A stretch of 64,000 nt of DNA, from the NCBI GenBank assembly GCA_964456855.1, contig CAYWCU010000002.1, forward strand, positions 792-64,791, read 5' to 3'. The notes below the pieces were generated by a model. The model saw only the letters and a list, made by a program, of their open reading frames with translations, made no database searches and was not told where the DNA came from. The position numbers and the translations under genes are program-made. Shown in pieces: positions 1 to 9,232 of the stretch; position 1 is the first letter of the stretch, and every line of letters starts with the position of its first letter. This DNA is from an uncultured Candidatus Saccharibacteria bacterium. GTDB lineage: Bacteria; Patescibacteriota; Minisyncoccia; UBA9983.

Positions 1-1019
1 CGAACTATCTTCGGCGTAGTAGTTCCCATTTTACCCAAATCAACTTTAATTTCAGAAATATTCTCCGTCGCCTTTTCAATCAAATCCGCGGAACGCTCCT
101 TGAAATCAATCTTTCCCTCATACATATCCTGAAGCGCTTCATCGGTGGTGGTGGCGCCCCTAAGCATCATCCGCTTTCTCGCTTGAAGTATTGATCTTAT
201 CGCCCCTCTTCTTATAGCTCTAACCCTTTTTCCGATACTCGTATCTTCCCCCATTGATTCCGTGGAGAAAATGGTATCTTCAAGAAGATTCAGTTTTTCC
301 GACATAATTCCTTTCAACTTTTCCTTCAAAACGGGGTTCTCAATTTTATCAATTCGTTCTGAGCGGCGTTCAATCTGCCTCTTCATTCGCTCCATTCTCT
401 CGTTCATTAATTTCTCAACCTCCGCTCCGGAAATTAACCCTTTTTCCTTCTGCTTCATTAAAATCGCCTGGCGTTTTTTGGCAAATTCGTAAATATTTTT
501 CAAGGATTTTTCCGTTCTCTCTTTTATCTTTTTCGGAGCATCCTTCAAAAGCATATTCTCCATCACTCTCTGACTGTTCAGCGAAAGATTTTCCATCTTC
601 TTCAGCAAGGGGCCCGCCTTTTTATTTTCGGCGTTAAACCTCTCAAGCGCGCCGTGCGCCTTGTCAATTCTATTTACAACATCATTCTCAAGCCTTTCAA
701 TAACATCCTTCCTTTGCGGGTCCTTCTCGGAAACCTCCTTTAATTCCGCCAATCTTTCGTTGGCAACCTCAGTGGCGACTTCCGCCCTTTTCAGAGGGTT
801 AAAGAAAAAGAAATTGACGCGCGCCCAATCTCCGAACCTGTCCAGAAAATAAAACGGGCTCAACGGAGTAAGACCGGCACTCGGTAAAGTATCCGCCACC
901 GCAACAGTTGGCAAAGTGCTCGTGGCATCCGCACTCGTGGCGGTATGAGCCAACGCGCTCCCCGCGCCCATAAACGCGAAGCCGATAATAAAAGCCATAA
1001 TGGTTTTTTTGTTCATCAT
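1..1019 (-). CDS. DUF5667-like secreted/helical protein, truncated by window edge
   Basis: Manual translation from ATG at 1019: MMNKKTIMAFIIGFAFMGAGSALAH (signal peptide-like) ... LPSAGLTPLSPFYFLDRFGDW ... ANERLAEL; runs off the left end, so absent from the ORF track. Confidence 0.65.
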   Translation of the reverse strand, partial: MMNKKTIMAFIIGFAFMGAGSALAHTATSADATSTLPTVAVADTLPSAGLTPLSPFYFLDRFGDWARVNFFFFNPLKRAEVATEVANERLAELKEVSEKDPQRKDVIERLENDVVNRIDKAHGALERFNAENKKAGPLLKKMENLSLNSQRVMENMLLKDAPKKIKERTEKSLKNIYEFAKKRQAILMKQKEKGLISGAEVEKLMNERMERMKRQIERRSERIDKIENPVLKEKLKGIMSEKLNLLEDTIFSTESMGEDTSIGKRVRAIRRGAIRSILQARKRMMLRGATTTDEALQDMYEGKIDFKERSADLIEKATENISEIKVDLGKMGTTTPKIV

Positions 1020-1112
1020 TTTTTTATGCTAAAAACTTACAAATAATAAAAATCTTATAGACCTTCATTAATTATACCCCACTTGAGAATTTTCCCCACA
1101 AACTTATCCACA

Positions 1113-1157
1113 TCTACAATCCACCGCCACCGAAACCGGGTTTCGGTGGATTGTAGA
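1113..1157. repeat. REP-like palindrome, variant A (CCACCGAAACC-G-GGTTTCGGTGG)
   Basis: Core 1127-1149 is a perfect inverted repeat with a 1-nt centre, extended by TCTACAAT/ATTGTAGA arms; identical core at 19749-19771. Confidence 0.8.
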
Positions 1158-1294
1158 ATATAAGCAAAAGAAATCCACCGAAGCCGTCCGCCTTCCTCAA
1201 TGACCGCAAACAATAAATCCGGGAAAAATAAAAACGGCATCATAATGAATTCCAGCCTAAACCAAAATCTTCCCGCATCAGCCATTGAACCATT

Positions 1295-1354
1295 AAACCG
1301 ACAACGGTTGTCGGTTTTGTCCTCCCCACCGACAACCGTTGTCGGTGGGGAGGA
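1295..1354. repeat. Pair of REP-like palindromes, variant B (CCGACAAC-G/C-GTTGTCGG), upstream of RAYT
   Basis: 1295-1317 AAACCGACAACGGTTGTCGGTTT and 1320-1354 TCCTCCCCACCGACAACCGTTGTCGGTGGGGAGGA. Confidence 0.9.
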
Positions 1355-1359
1355 TTTTC

Positions 1360-1368
1360 TGCTATAAT
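1360..1368 (+). promoter_or_regulatory. Extended -10 promoter (TGcTATAAT) of the RAYT gene
   Basis: Consensus TGnTATAAT 9 nt upstream of ATG 1378; no Shine-Dalgarno visible. Confidence 0.6.
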
Positions 1369-1377
1369 ATAAAAATA

Positions 1378-2082
1378 ATGTTAAGAAAAGACAAATTCGT
1401 TCCGGGGCACTACTACCATATCTACAACAGAACTATTCTCAACATCCCTGAATTCAAAAAGTACGATAACGCAGAAAGGTTAGCGCAGGCTTTTTTGCTC
1501 GCCAATTCAACAAAATCCACTGAGGCATTCCAATTTTTGAGGAACAATAAGAATGCCACCACGGCGGACGCGCTAGAAATTGCCGAGTCGGGCGAAAAAT
1601 TAGTAGATATTTTGTCCTACGCCATAATGCCAAACCACTATCACCTTTTGCTAAAAGAAGCAAAAGAAAAAGGTGTCAGCGATTTCGTCCACAAATGCAA
1701 TATCTCAATCGCCAAATACATAAATATTAAAAATGAAAGAAAGGGTCCCCTCTTTGACGGTCTCTTCCGGTCCAAACATATTTCTTCAAACGAATACTTG
1801 CTTCATCTTTCACTTTATATTCACCTCAACCCTATGGATTTTATTATTGGGAAGGAATGGCGTGAGCATAAAACGAAGAATTGGGAGGATGCAAAAAGGG
1901 AGTTGTTAAAATACCCATGGTCAAGTTTAAATTTTTTTCTGGCAAATCAGGACGATAAAATTTTATCCGGCACAGAGATAATACAAGAACAATTTAAAGG
2001 ACCGGGGGAGTATGGAATGTTTCTGCGAGAATGGTCAGAAGATCAGACAACAAAGGAAGCCGGTGAATTGTTTATTGATTAA
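1378..2082 (+). CDS. REP-associated tyrosine transposase (RAYT, Y1/HUH family)
   Basis: YYHIYNR, YAIMPNHYHLLL (HUH), GPLFDGLF, YIHLNP (catalytic Tyr region), YPWSS; start moved to ATG 1378. Confidence 0.9.
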   Translation: MLRKDKFVPGHYYHIYNRTILNIPEFKKYDNAERLAQAFLLANSTKSTEAFQFLRNNKNATTADALEIAESGEKLVDILSYAIMPNHYHLLLKEAKEKGVSDFVHKCNISIAKYINIKNERKGPLFDGLFRSKHISSNEYLLHLSLYIHLNPMDFIIGKEWREHKTKNWEDAKRELLKYPWSSLNFFLANQDDKILSGTEIIQEQFKGPGEYGMFLREWSEDQTTKEAGELFID

Positions 2083-2096
2083 ATTGCCAACAAACC

Positions 2097-2157
2097 GCTA
2101 AACCGACAACGGTTGTCGGTTCTGTCGCTTCCACCGACAACGGTTGTCGGTTTTAGC
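2097..2157. repeat. Pair of REP-like palindromes, variant B, downstream of RAYT (REPIN-like doublet)
   Basis: 2101-2121 and 2133-2151 both contain CCGACAACGGTTGTCGG; outer arms GCTAAA...TTTTAGC. Confidence 0.9.
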
Positions 2158-2204
2158 AAAAGCACCACTTGACACCTTTTGACACTTTCTGTAAACTGAC
2201 GAAT

Positions 2205-2453
2205 ATGGCTGAAGAAATTAAACGAAACGCAGTTTACACCACAGCGGAGACGCGAGAACTGCTCAAGATAAGCGACAGCACCATCAAACGCCTGCTCAAA
2301 AACGGACTGATACGAGCGAACAAGGTCGGCGGGCAATACAGAATAATGGGGAAAGAAATTTTGCGCCTTATCTCGCCCGAGGTTGAAAAACAAGCGGTAG
2401 TGTCTTATTTAAACCTCAAAAAGAAAGTTGTGAATAAAATCAACAAATGGTAA
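2205..2453 (+). CDS. Excisionase-like helix-turn-helix DNA-binding protein (HTH_17)
   Basis: VYTTAETRELLKISDSTIKRLLKNGLIRANKVGGQYRI; likely start ATG 2205. Confidence 0.85.
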   Translation: MAEEIKRNAVYTTAETRELLKISDSTIKRLLKNGLIRANKVGGQYRIMGKEILRLISPEVEKQAVVSYLNLKKKVVNKINKW

Positions 2454-2470
2454 AACAAAGTTGAAAGTTT

Positions 2471-3289
2471 ATGAAACTAACCATAATCAAGCCTAAAAAA
2501 ACTTTCAGCTGGGAAGATTTCAGGGAAATCTGGCGATACAAAGAGTTGCTGTATTTTTTTACGTGGAAAGACTTCAAGGTGAGATACAAACAAACCGCTA
2601 TTGGGGTTTTGTGGGCGGTTTTTCAGCCGTTTATGACAATGGTGGTTTTTACCATATTCTTCGGCAGACTCGCCAAAATGCCGTCCGACGGCATCCCCTA
2701 CCCGATATTCGTCTACGCCGGATTATTATTTTGGCAATTCTTCTCTTCTGCCCTGACACAAACAAGCAGTTCACTAATCAGCAACGCCAACATAATCACA
2801 AAAGTTTATTTCCCTCGCTTAATACTCCCGATATCTGGAGTATTAACCAAATTCGTTGATTTTTTTATTGCCGCGATTATTTTAGTGGGTATGATGGTGT
2901 ATTATGGATATACTCCAAGTTTGATTGGTATGTTAATAATGCCATTGCTTCTGTTCATAACTTTTATGGCAGCGGTCGGAGGGGGGCTTTTTCTGGCATC
3001 CATCAATGTTAAATACCGAGATGTCAGATATGTTCTGCCCTATTTTATCCAAATGATGCTTTTTGTGACACCCGTTATTTACCCGGCGAGCATTGCCGGC
3101 AAATACTCCTGGATATTGGCGCTAAACCCAATGACCGGAGTCATCAAAGCGGTAAGGGCGGGTCTTTTCGGCAACGCGCCGATTAACTGGGACCTTCTGG
3201 GGATTTCCCTCGTTGCCGTTTCAATTTTATTTGTCATAGGTGTGATATTTTTCAAGAAAACAGAAAGGTATTTCGCGGATATAGTTTAA
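2471..3289 (+). CDS. wzm: Polysaccharide ABC-2 exporter permease
   Basis: DFKVRYKQTAIGVLWAVFQP, ITKVYFPR, TPVIYP, LNPMTG; multiple TM segments. Confidence 0.92.
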   Translation: MKLTIIKPKKTFSWEDFREIWRYKELLYFFTWKDFKVRYKQTAIGVLWAVFQPFMTMVVFTIFFGRLAKMPSDGIPYPIFVYAGLLFWQFFSSALTQTSSSLISNANIITKVYFPRLILPISGVLTKFVDFFIAAIILVGMMVYYGYTPSLIGMLIMPLLLFITFMAAVGGGLFLASINVKYRDVRYVLPYFIQMMLFVTPVIYPASIAGKYSWILALNPMTGVIKAVRAGLFGNAPINWDLLGISLVAVSILFVIGVIFFKKTERYFADIV

Positions 3290-3332
3290 AATAAAAAATT
3301 TACAAGCTTCAAAAACTTTTGATCAATTTATT

Positions 3333-3722
3333 ATGAAAAATTTTGATGAGTGGAACAAAAATAAAAAAGACACCAATTGCCAAAAAAATAGGTTGTATTT
3401 TCGTGACGGTGAAATTTGGTGGATAAAACTTGGTGTTAACATCGGCTATGAACTAGATGGTAAAAGCAGTGATTTTACACGCCCGGTATTAATTCTTAAA
3501 AAATACAACAAGTACTCTTTTCTTGCCGTGCCCCTGACTAGTAAGATTAAATTGGGTTTATATTATTTTTCGGTTGGTAATGTTGACGGAAAAGACGCAG
3601 TGGCGATTTTATCTCAACTGAGAAACATAGATAGTTTGCGGTTGGTAAACAAAGTGGGTGTTATCAATAAGAATATATTGGGGGAAATTAAAAAAGCCGT
3701 CAAAAAGGCAAATTCTCTTTAA
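3333..3722 (+). CDS. PemK/MazF-family toxin, no adjacent antitoxin ORF
   Basis: GEIWWIKLGVNIGYELDGK..FTRPVLILKK, VPLTSK, ILSQLRNIDSLRL. Confidence 0.88.
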   Translation: MKNFDEWNKNKKDTNCQKNRLYFRDGEIWWIKLGVNIGYELDGKSSDFTRPVLILKKYNKYSFLAVPLTSKIKLGLYYFSVGNVDGKDAVAILSQLRNIDSLRLVNKVGVINKNILGEIKKAVKKANSL

Positions 3723-3803
3723 CGGTTTTTTATTTCTCCTCGCCGGAGCGAGGCGAGCCCTAAGGCCATCTATATTAAATATACTAACAACTATAATAAA
3801 ATT

Positions 3804-5081
3804 ATGCAAGAACCAATTATTGAAGTAAAAAATATATCAAAAAAATACAATATCACCCACCAGCGGGGCGGTTATGTCGCGTTGCGGGATGTACTGACGG
3901 AAATCGCCAAAAAACCATTGTCGTTCCTTAAACATAAGGCAAAAGCGGCGATTGGTATGGAGACCAAAGAGGAATTCTGGGCGCTCAAAGACATTAATTT
4001 CACAGTGGAAAAGGGCGAAGCAATCGGTATTATCGGCGCGAATGGCGCCGGAAAATCCACACTTTTAAAAATATTATCGCGAATTACTCCTCCCACAACC
4101 GGGGAAATCAGAATGAAAGGCAAGGTCGCCTCCCTGCTTGAAGTGGGGACGGGGTTCCACCCCGAACTCACGGGGCGAGAAAACATTTTCCTGAACGGCG
4201 CGATTTTGGGAATGACAAAAAAAGAAATCGCGGAAAAATTTAACAACATAGTGAAATTTTCCGGCATCGGGAAATTCCTGGACACTCCAGTAAAAAGATA
4301 CTCTTCTGGAATGTATGTCCGCCTTGCCTTCGCCGTCGCCGCCCATATGGAGCCGGACATCTTAATAGTTGACGAGGTCTTAGCGGTTGGCGATGCTGAA
4401 TTTCAGAAAAAATGTTTGGGGAAAATGGATGAAGTAACAAAAACCGCCGGCAGAACAATTCTTTTCGTCAGTCACAATATGGCAGCGATGCAAAATTTAT
4501 GCAAGAGATGCATACTATTGGAAGATGGAAAAATAAAAATGATTGGAGAGACGAAGGAGGTTATAGCTGAGTATTTAAATAAGAATGCTACTTCCAATAA
4601 AATAGTTTTTGAATACCCAAAAGATGAAAAAATGGATGCTCAAATCTTAAAAATTGAAATCAAAAATATTAGAGATAAAACTGTGTCAAATATTAAGTGT
4701 GGCGAGGAATGGAAAATAAATATAACATATCAAATAAAAAAAATATGCCATAGAACAATCGTAGCTCTAGAATTTTTCTCCAATAATGAAACGATGTTTT
4801 ATCTTACAACTGATAATGATGAGCTACATTATATGCAGGATAAAAAAATTGGCATATACAGTACTGAACTTATAATTCCAAAACATTTCCTCAATCCTGG
4901 AAATTATCGTTTGGCACTATCTATTCAGTCTCCAGGACAGGTAGAATATGATGGTATAAAAAATATTTTTATACAAATTAATCCTGATGAATATGGCATT
5001 AAAAACCATTATTTTAATGGAAAATACATGGGATTTTTATCTGTCATAATTCCATGGAAGACAAAAATGATTAATCAATGA
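3804..5081 (+). CDS. wzt: Polysaccharide ABC exporter ATPase with C-terminal Wzt_C domain
   Basis: Walker A GANGAGKST, YSSGMYVRLAF, DILIVDEVLAVGD, C-terminal extension. Confidence 0.93.
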   Translation: MQEPIIEVKNISKKYNITHQRGGYVALRDVLTEIAKKPLSFLKHKAKAAIGMETKEEFWALKDINFTVEKGEAIGIIGANGAGKSTLLKILSRITPPTTGEIRMKGKVASLLEVGTGFHPELTGRENIFLNGAILGMTKKEIAEKFNNIVKFSGIGKFLDTPVKRYSSGMYVRLAFAVAAHMEPDILIVDEVLAVGDAEFQKKCLGKMDEVTKTAGRTILFVSHNMAAMQNLCKRCILLEDGKIKMIGETKEVIAEYLNKNATSNKIVFEYPKDEKMDAQILKIEIKNIRDKTVSNIKCGEEWKINITYQIKKICHRTIVALEFFSNNETMFYLTTDNDELHYMQDKKIGIYSTELIIPKHFLNPGNYRLALSIQSPGQVEYDGIKNIFIQINPDEYGIKNHYFNGKYMGFLSVIIPWKTKMINQ

Positions 5082-6301
5082 AAATTAAAATGTATTTTAT
5101 TAAAAAAATAATAAAACATCTGCTTAATAGAATGGGGTATGAAATTATTAGTGGAAATAGGATATTTATTAAAAATTATTTTAAAACTGATTACACAAAA
5201 AACGTATTAATTTCATATATTACAAATCCTTTTGTTACAGGTATCAAACTAAACCACACAAATTCTGTAGAGTGCCTTCAGATAGCTAAGATTTTTAATA
5301 AGCTGGCTTACAATATTGATGTAATTGATTTCAATAATGAAACCATCAAAATTAACTACACGAAATATGATGTGATTTTTGGATTTGGTGATCCTTTAGA
5401 AAAAAGTTTCTATGATTGCAACGCAAACGAAAGAACAACTATTCTTTATGGTACGGGCTGCCATTCTGATTTACAAAATAAAGCTACGTTAAATAGATTA
5501 TGTGAGGTTTTTCATAAAAAAGATGCTTATATTCCTAAATCTGCTAGGATTGTTAATAAAACCTGGGTATTACAAAAATCCTTTTCATCTGGAATAATTA
5601 GTTTAGGAAATAATTTTGTTAAAGATACATATAAAGAACATTATAAAGGAAGTGGAAAGATAATATCTATACCGGCAAGCTTTCATAAAACCTATAATAT
5701 TGACTTGAGTAAGAAAAACTACGCAGAAGCAAAGAGACACTTTCTTTGGTTTGGCAGTTCCGGCTCAATACATAAGGGACTGGATATATTATTAGAGATA
5801 TTTAAAAATAGAAAAAATATCGTTTTACACGTGTGCGGGGCAAATCCAGATGAAGAACAATTTAATGAAATATATGATGAATACTTATCTAAAACACCAA
5901 ATATAATAAATCATGGTTTTGTAGATATTAAATCTGATGATTTCATACAAATTATGAATACCTGCGGATACGTATTATTCCCAACAGCCAGTGAAGGAGG
6001 GTCTCCCTCCGTATTAACAACAATGGGAAATGGTGGGCTTATTCCTATTATCTCTGAAGCAAGCGGCTTAGATTTAAAAGATTTTGGTTTTATATTTAAT
6101 AATTTGCGAAGGGAAACTATTGAATCAATGATTGAAAAAGTCTTACAATTATCAAATGAGGAAATGCGTACAAGAAGTAGACAATCGTTAGAATTTACGA
6201 ATGAATACCATTCTTTAAAAAACTATTCCAAAAAGATGGGACTGGCTATAAAAGATATTTTAAAGATGGAGAATAAACCTACACAACAATATAAAAATTA
6301 A
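5078..6301 (+). CDS. Glycosyltransferase (GT4-like)
   Basis: HFLWFGSSGSIHKGLD, FPTASEGGSPSV; AT-rich. Confidence 0.8.
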   Translation: MKIKMYFIKKIIKHLLNRMGYEIISGNRIFIKNYFKTDYTKNVLISYITNPFVTGIKLNHTNSVECLQIAKIFNKLAYNIDVIDFNNETIKINYTKYDVIFGFGDPLEKSFYDCNANERTTILYGTGCHSDLQNKATLNRLCEVFHKKDAYIPKSARIVNKTWVLQKSFSSGIISLGNNFVKDTYKEHYKGSGKIISIPASFHKTYNIDLSKKNYAEAKRHFLWFGSSGSIHKGLDILLEIFKNRKNIVLHVCGANPDEEQFNEIYDEYLSKTPNIINHGFVDIKSDDFIQIMNTCGYVLFPTASEGGSPSVLTTMGNGGLIPIISEASGLDLKDFGFIFNNLRRETIESMIEKVLQLSNEEMRTRSRQSLEFTNEYHSLKNYSKKMGLAIKDILKMENKPTQQYKN

Positions 6302-6311
6302 CCACTAAAAT

Positions 6312-7088
6312 ATGAACTGTAAAATCTGTAACAATCAATCAAAATTCTTCCTGAAAAATAAAGCACTGAATAAATACGATGCTGAACTTTTTCAATGTGA
6401 AAGCTGTGGTTTTATACAAACAAAAAACCCTCACTGGCTTAACGAGGCATATAAAAGCGCTATTTCTCAAACAGACACTGGCTTGGTCGCAAGGAACATA
6501 AACCTAAGCAACCTAACAGAAAAAATAATCAAACAAAATTTTGATTATAATAAAAGATTTATTGATTATGGCGGAGGATACGGTTTATTCGTTAGATTAA
6601 TGAGAGACAAGGGTTTTAATTTTTACAGACAAGACTCTTATTGCGAGAATCTATTCGCACAACATTTTGATACAAATGGTTTAAAAAATAATGATGAAAA
6701 ATTTGAATTATTAACAACTTTTGAAGTTTTCGAGCATCTTGAAAACCCCGCTGAAGAAGTGAAGAAAATGCTTGAATTTTCAGACTCAATCCTTTTTTCC
6801 ACCGAATTGCAGCCGCAAGACATAAAAAACCAAGAAGATTGGTGGTATTTTTCGCCGGAAAGTGGGCAACACATTTCTTTCTACACAAAAAAATCCCTTG
6901 AAGAACTGGCAAAAAAATTTGATCTTGATTTATACACAGACAATACAAGGCTTCATTTGTTAACAAAAAAACAACTTGAACCATCGCCGTTTGTTGAAAA
7001 AAACCCAGTTTGTATTACAAAATTAAAAGAAAATTATCAAATCTTATTCTGCCCAAAAATGAAACTTCAATTAAACTTGCTGGTTTGA
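6312..7088 (+). CDS. Class I SAM-dependent methyltransferase (possible frameshift near the 3' end)
   Basis: N-terminal CxxC pairs, IDYGGGYG, FEVFEHL, GQHISFY. Confidence 0.85.
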   Translation: MNCKICNNQSKFFLKNKALNKYDAELFQCESCGFIQTKNPHWLNEAYKSAISQTDTGLVARNINLSNLTEKIIKQNFDYNKRFIDYGGGYGLFVRLMRDKGFNFYRQDSYCENLFAQHFDTNGLKNNDEKFELLTTFEVFEHLENPAEEVKKMLEFSDSILFSTELQPQDIKNQEDWWYFSPESGQHISFYTKKSLEELAKKFDLDLYTDNTRLHLLTKKQLEPSPFVEKNPVCITKLKENYQILFCPKMKLQLNLLV

Positions 7089-7127
7089 CCCAACAAGACC
7101 GTGAACATATTAAGGAAATTGCAAAAA

Positions 7128-8300
7128 ATGATTAAAATTAAACAAAAAATATCAAATTTTATATTTTCTCCAGAAGTAATCACAAAACTACTCAAACCCT
7201 TTCTTTATTTTAAAAAAAGAAAGAAAGGTGAAATTAAAAAAATACTTATTGTAAGGCTGGACGATATTGGCGATTTGGTATTGACGACACCCCTCATACG
7301 AGAGTTAAAAAGGGCGCACCCTGAAGCAAAAATAGATCTCATTATAAAAACAGAAATTGCCAACCTGTTTGAAATTTGTCCTTACTTGGAAAATGTAATT
7401 CCCTTCAAATGGAGCGGCTATCTAAATATGTTAAAATTCGTGAAAAATAACCTCTGGGGAAAAAAATATGATTTGGCGATAATGCCAAGGTGGGATACCG
7501 ACCTAAAAAAGGCCTCGCTTATGGCATATTTAAGCAATTCCCCGAGAAGAATTGGTTATTCTGAAAAAAACAATAATGACAAAGCGGTAAAAAACAAGAA
7601 CTACGATTTGTTTTTTACCGAAACAATATTGGACAAAACCCTGAAACATGAGGTTGAGAGAAATCTGAAGATATTGAAATATTTAAAAATCAAACCCCGG
7701 TCAAGCAATCTTGAATTGTGGACGAATAAAAACGATGAAATGGCGGTGGGAAGCATACTGGAAGAAAACCAGCTCACAAACAAAAAAATTGCCGCATTGG
7801 GCATAGGGGCAGCGCAGAACAAAAGAATTTGGGCGTTAAAAAATTATGAATTAATCGCCAAGTGGCTGGGAGAAAATCTTGGTTTCAAAATAATAATCAT
7901 TGGAGGGGGGGAAGATTTTGAGGCGGGAGAAATGCTAAAAAGCGGAAACAAGGAAATAATAAACCTCGCCGGAAAAACCTCACTGAGGGAAACCTTCGCA
8001 ATCCTAAAGAAAAGCTCTTTATATGTTGGAAATGATTCCGGGCCTATGCACATATCGGCGGCGACGGGAATACCTACAATTGAAATATCGTGCCACCCAT
8101 TAAAAGGGTTAAAAGAACACGCAAACTCGCCGGAAAGATTTCGCCCGTGGATGAAAAAATATTCAATTGTCCAACCCACTGAAATACTTCATCCGTGCTA
8201 CAATTCATGTATAATGAATAAAGCGCACTGCATAAACTTAATCACTATCAAGCAAGCGCAAGAGAAAATACTTGAAGTGATAAAAGAAAATAATTTATGA
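7128..8300 (+). CDS. Glycosyltransferase family 9 (heptosyltransferase-like)
   Basis: ILIVRLDDIGDLVLTTP, NLAGKTSL, YVGNDSGPMHISAA; likely start ATG 7128. Confidence 0.9.
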   Translation: MIKIKQKISNFIFSPEVITKLLKPFLYFKKRKKGEIKKILIVRLDDIGDLVLTTPLIRELKRAHPEAKIDLIIKTEIANLFEICPYLENVIPFKWSGYLNMLKFVKNNLWGKKYDLAIMPRWDTDLKKASLMAYLSNSPRRIGYSEKNNNDKAVKNKNYDLFFTETILDKTLKHEVERNLKILKYLKIKPRSSNLELWTNKNDEMAVGSILEENQLTNKKIAALGIGAAQNKRIWALKNYELIAKWLGENLGFKIIIIGGGEDFEAGEMLKSGNKEIINLAGKTSLRETFAILKKSSLYVGNDSGPMHISAATGIPTIEISCHPLKGLKEHANSPERFRPWMKKYSIVQPTEILHPCYNSCIMNKAHCINLITIKQAQEKILEVIKENNL

Positions 8301-9229
8301 AATTTTCAATTGTAACTCCCGTTTATAACGGTGAAAAATACATAGCTGAAACCATTGAGAGCGTCCTTTCCCAAAAGGGAGATTTTGAGATTGAGTATAT
8401 TATTATGGACGGGGGTTCAGACGACAAAACCGTTGAAATTATAAAAAAATATGAGGAAAAATTAAAAAATGGATGTTGGGAAACAAAATGCAAAAACATA
8501 TCATTTGGTTGGTTCTCCGAAAGGGACAAAGGGATGTATGACGCAATAAACAAAGGTTTCGCAAAAGCGACGGGTGATGTGTACGCGTGGATAAATTCCG
8601 ATGACATTTATTTACCAGGCGCCTTCGCCGCCATCAGCAAAACGCTCGCGAAATATCCCGAAATTGAATGGATTAAGGGAATCACATCTTTCATAAACGA
8701 AGATTCGACGATTCATGAGGTGGGATTATGTTATTTGTACAATCAACGATGGATTATAAAAGGTATATATGGGAGAAGTGTTTATGTTATACCGCAAGAC
8801 AGCGTGTTTTGGAAATCAGAATTATGGAAAAAAGTTGGTGAAATAAATAATACTTTAAAACTGGCAGGAGATTATTACCTTTGGACATATTTTGCTGAAC
8901 ATACCCCGCTCTATTCATTAAAAGCGTATGTTAGTTGCTTCAGGATACAAGACTACCAACTAAGTAAAAATATTGAACAATACAAAGAAGAGCAACGCGT
9001 ATCATCTCCCCTTATTACCACAGAAGAAAAAATCGCACGGTTGTTTTTTAAGAAAACCAAAAAAATGCCTCTGTTTTTCTATCCCCTTCTTTATGTCGTT
9101 TATAATTTAATATTCAGAAAACAATCACTAGAGGTGATAGAAATCAAAAGAAAAAAACTTGAGAACAACCACATGGGGGCTTATAATAATCCAGTAAAAA
9201 GAAAATCAAAATCATTTATGGTTAGATAA
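8297..9229 (+). CDS. Glycosyltransferase family 2
   Basis: FSIVTPVYNGEKYI, IMDGGSDD, GMYDAINKG, WINSDD. Confidence 0.92.
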   Translation: MKFSIVTPVYNGEKYIAETIESVLSQKGDFEIEYIIMDGGSDDKTVEIIKKYEEKLKNGCWETKCKNISFGWFSERDKGMYDAINKGFAKATGDVYAWINSDDIYLPGAFAAISKTLAKYPEIEWIKGITSFINEDSTIHEVGLCYLYNQRWIIKGIYGRSVYVIPQDSVFWKSELWKKVGEINNTLKLAGDYYLWTYFAEHTPLYSLKAYVSCFRIQDYQLSKNIEQYKEEQRVSSPLITTEEKIARLFFKKTKKMPLFFYPLLYVVYNLIFRKQSLEVIEIKRKKLENNHMGAYNNPVKRKSKSFMVR

Positions 9230-9232
9230 ATT

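Noticed and set aside
1295-2157. CRISPR array from repeated CCGACAACGGTTGTCGG
   Set aside because: Only two doublets, short spacing, mixed orientation, flanking a transposase; no cas genes
2205-2453. Prophage boundary suggested by excisionase-like HTH
   Set aside because: No integrase or phage structural genes nearby; the gene heads the wzm operon
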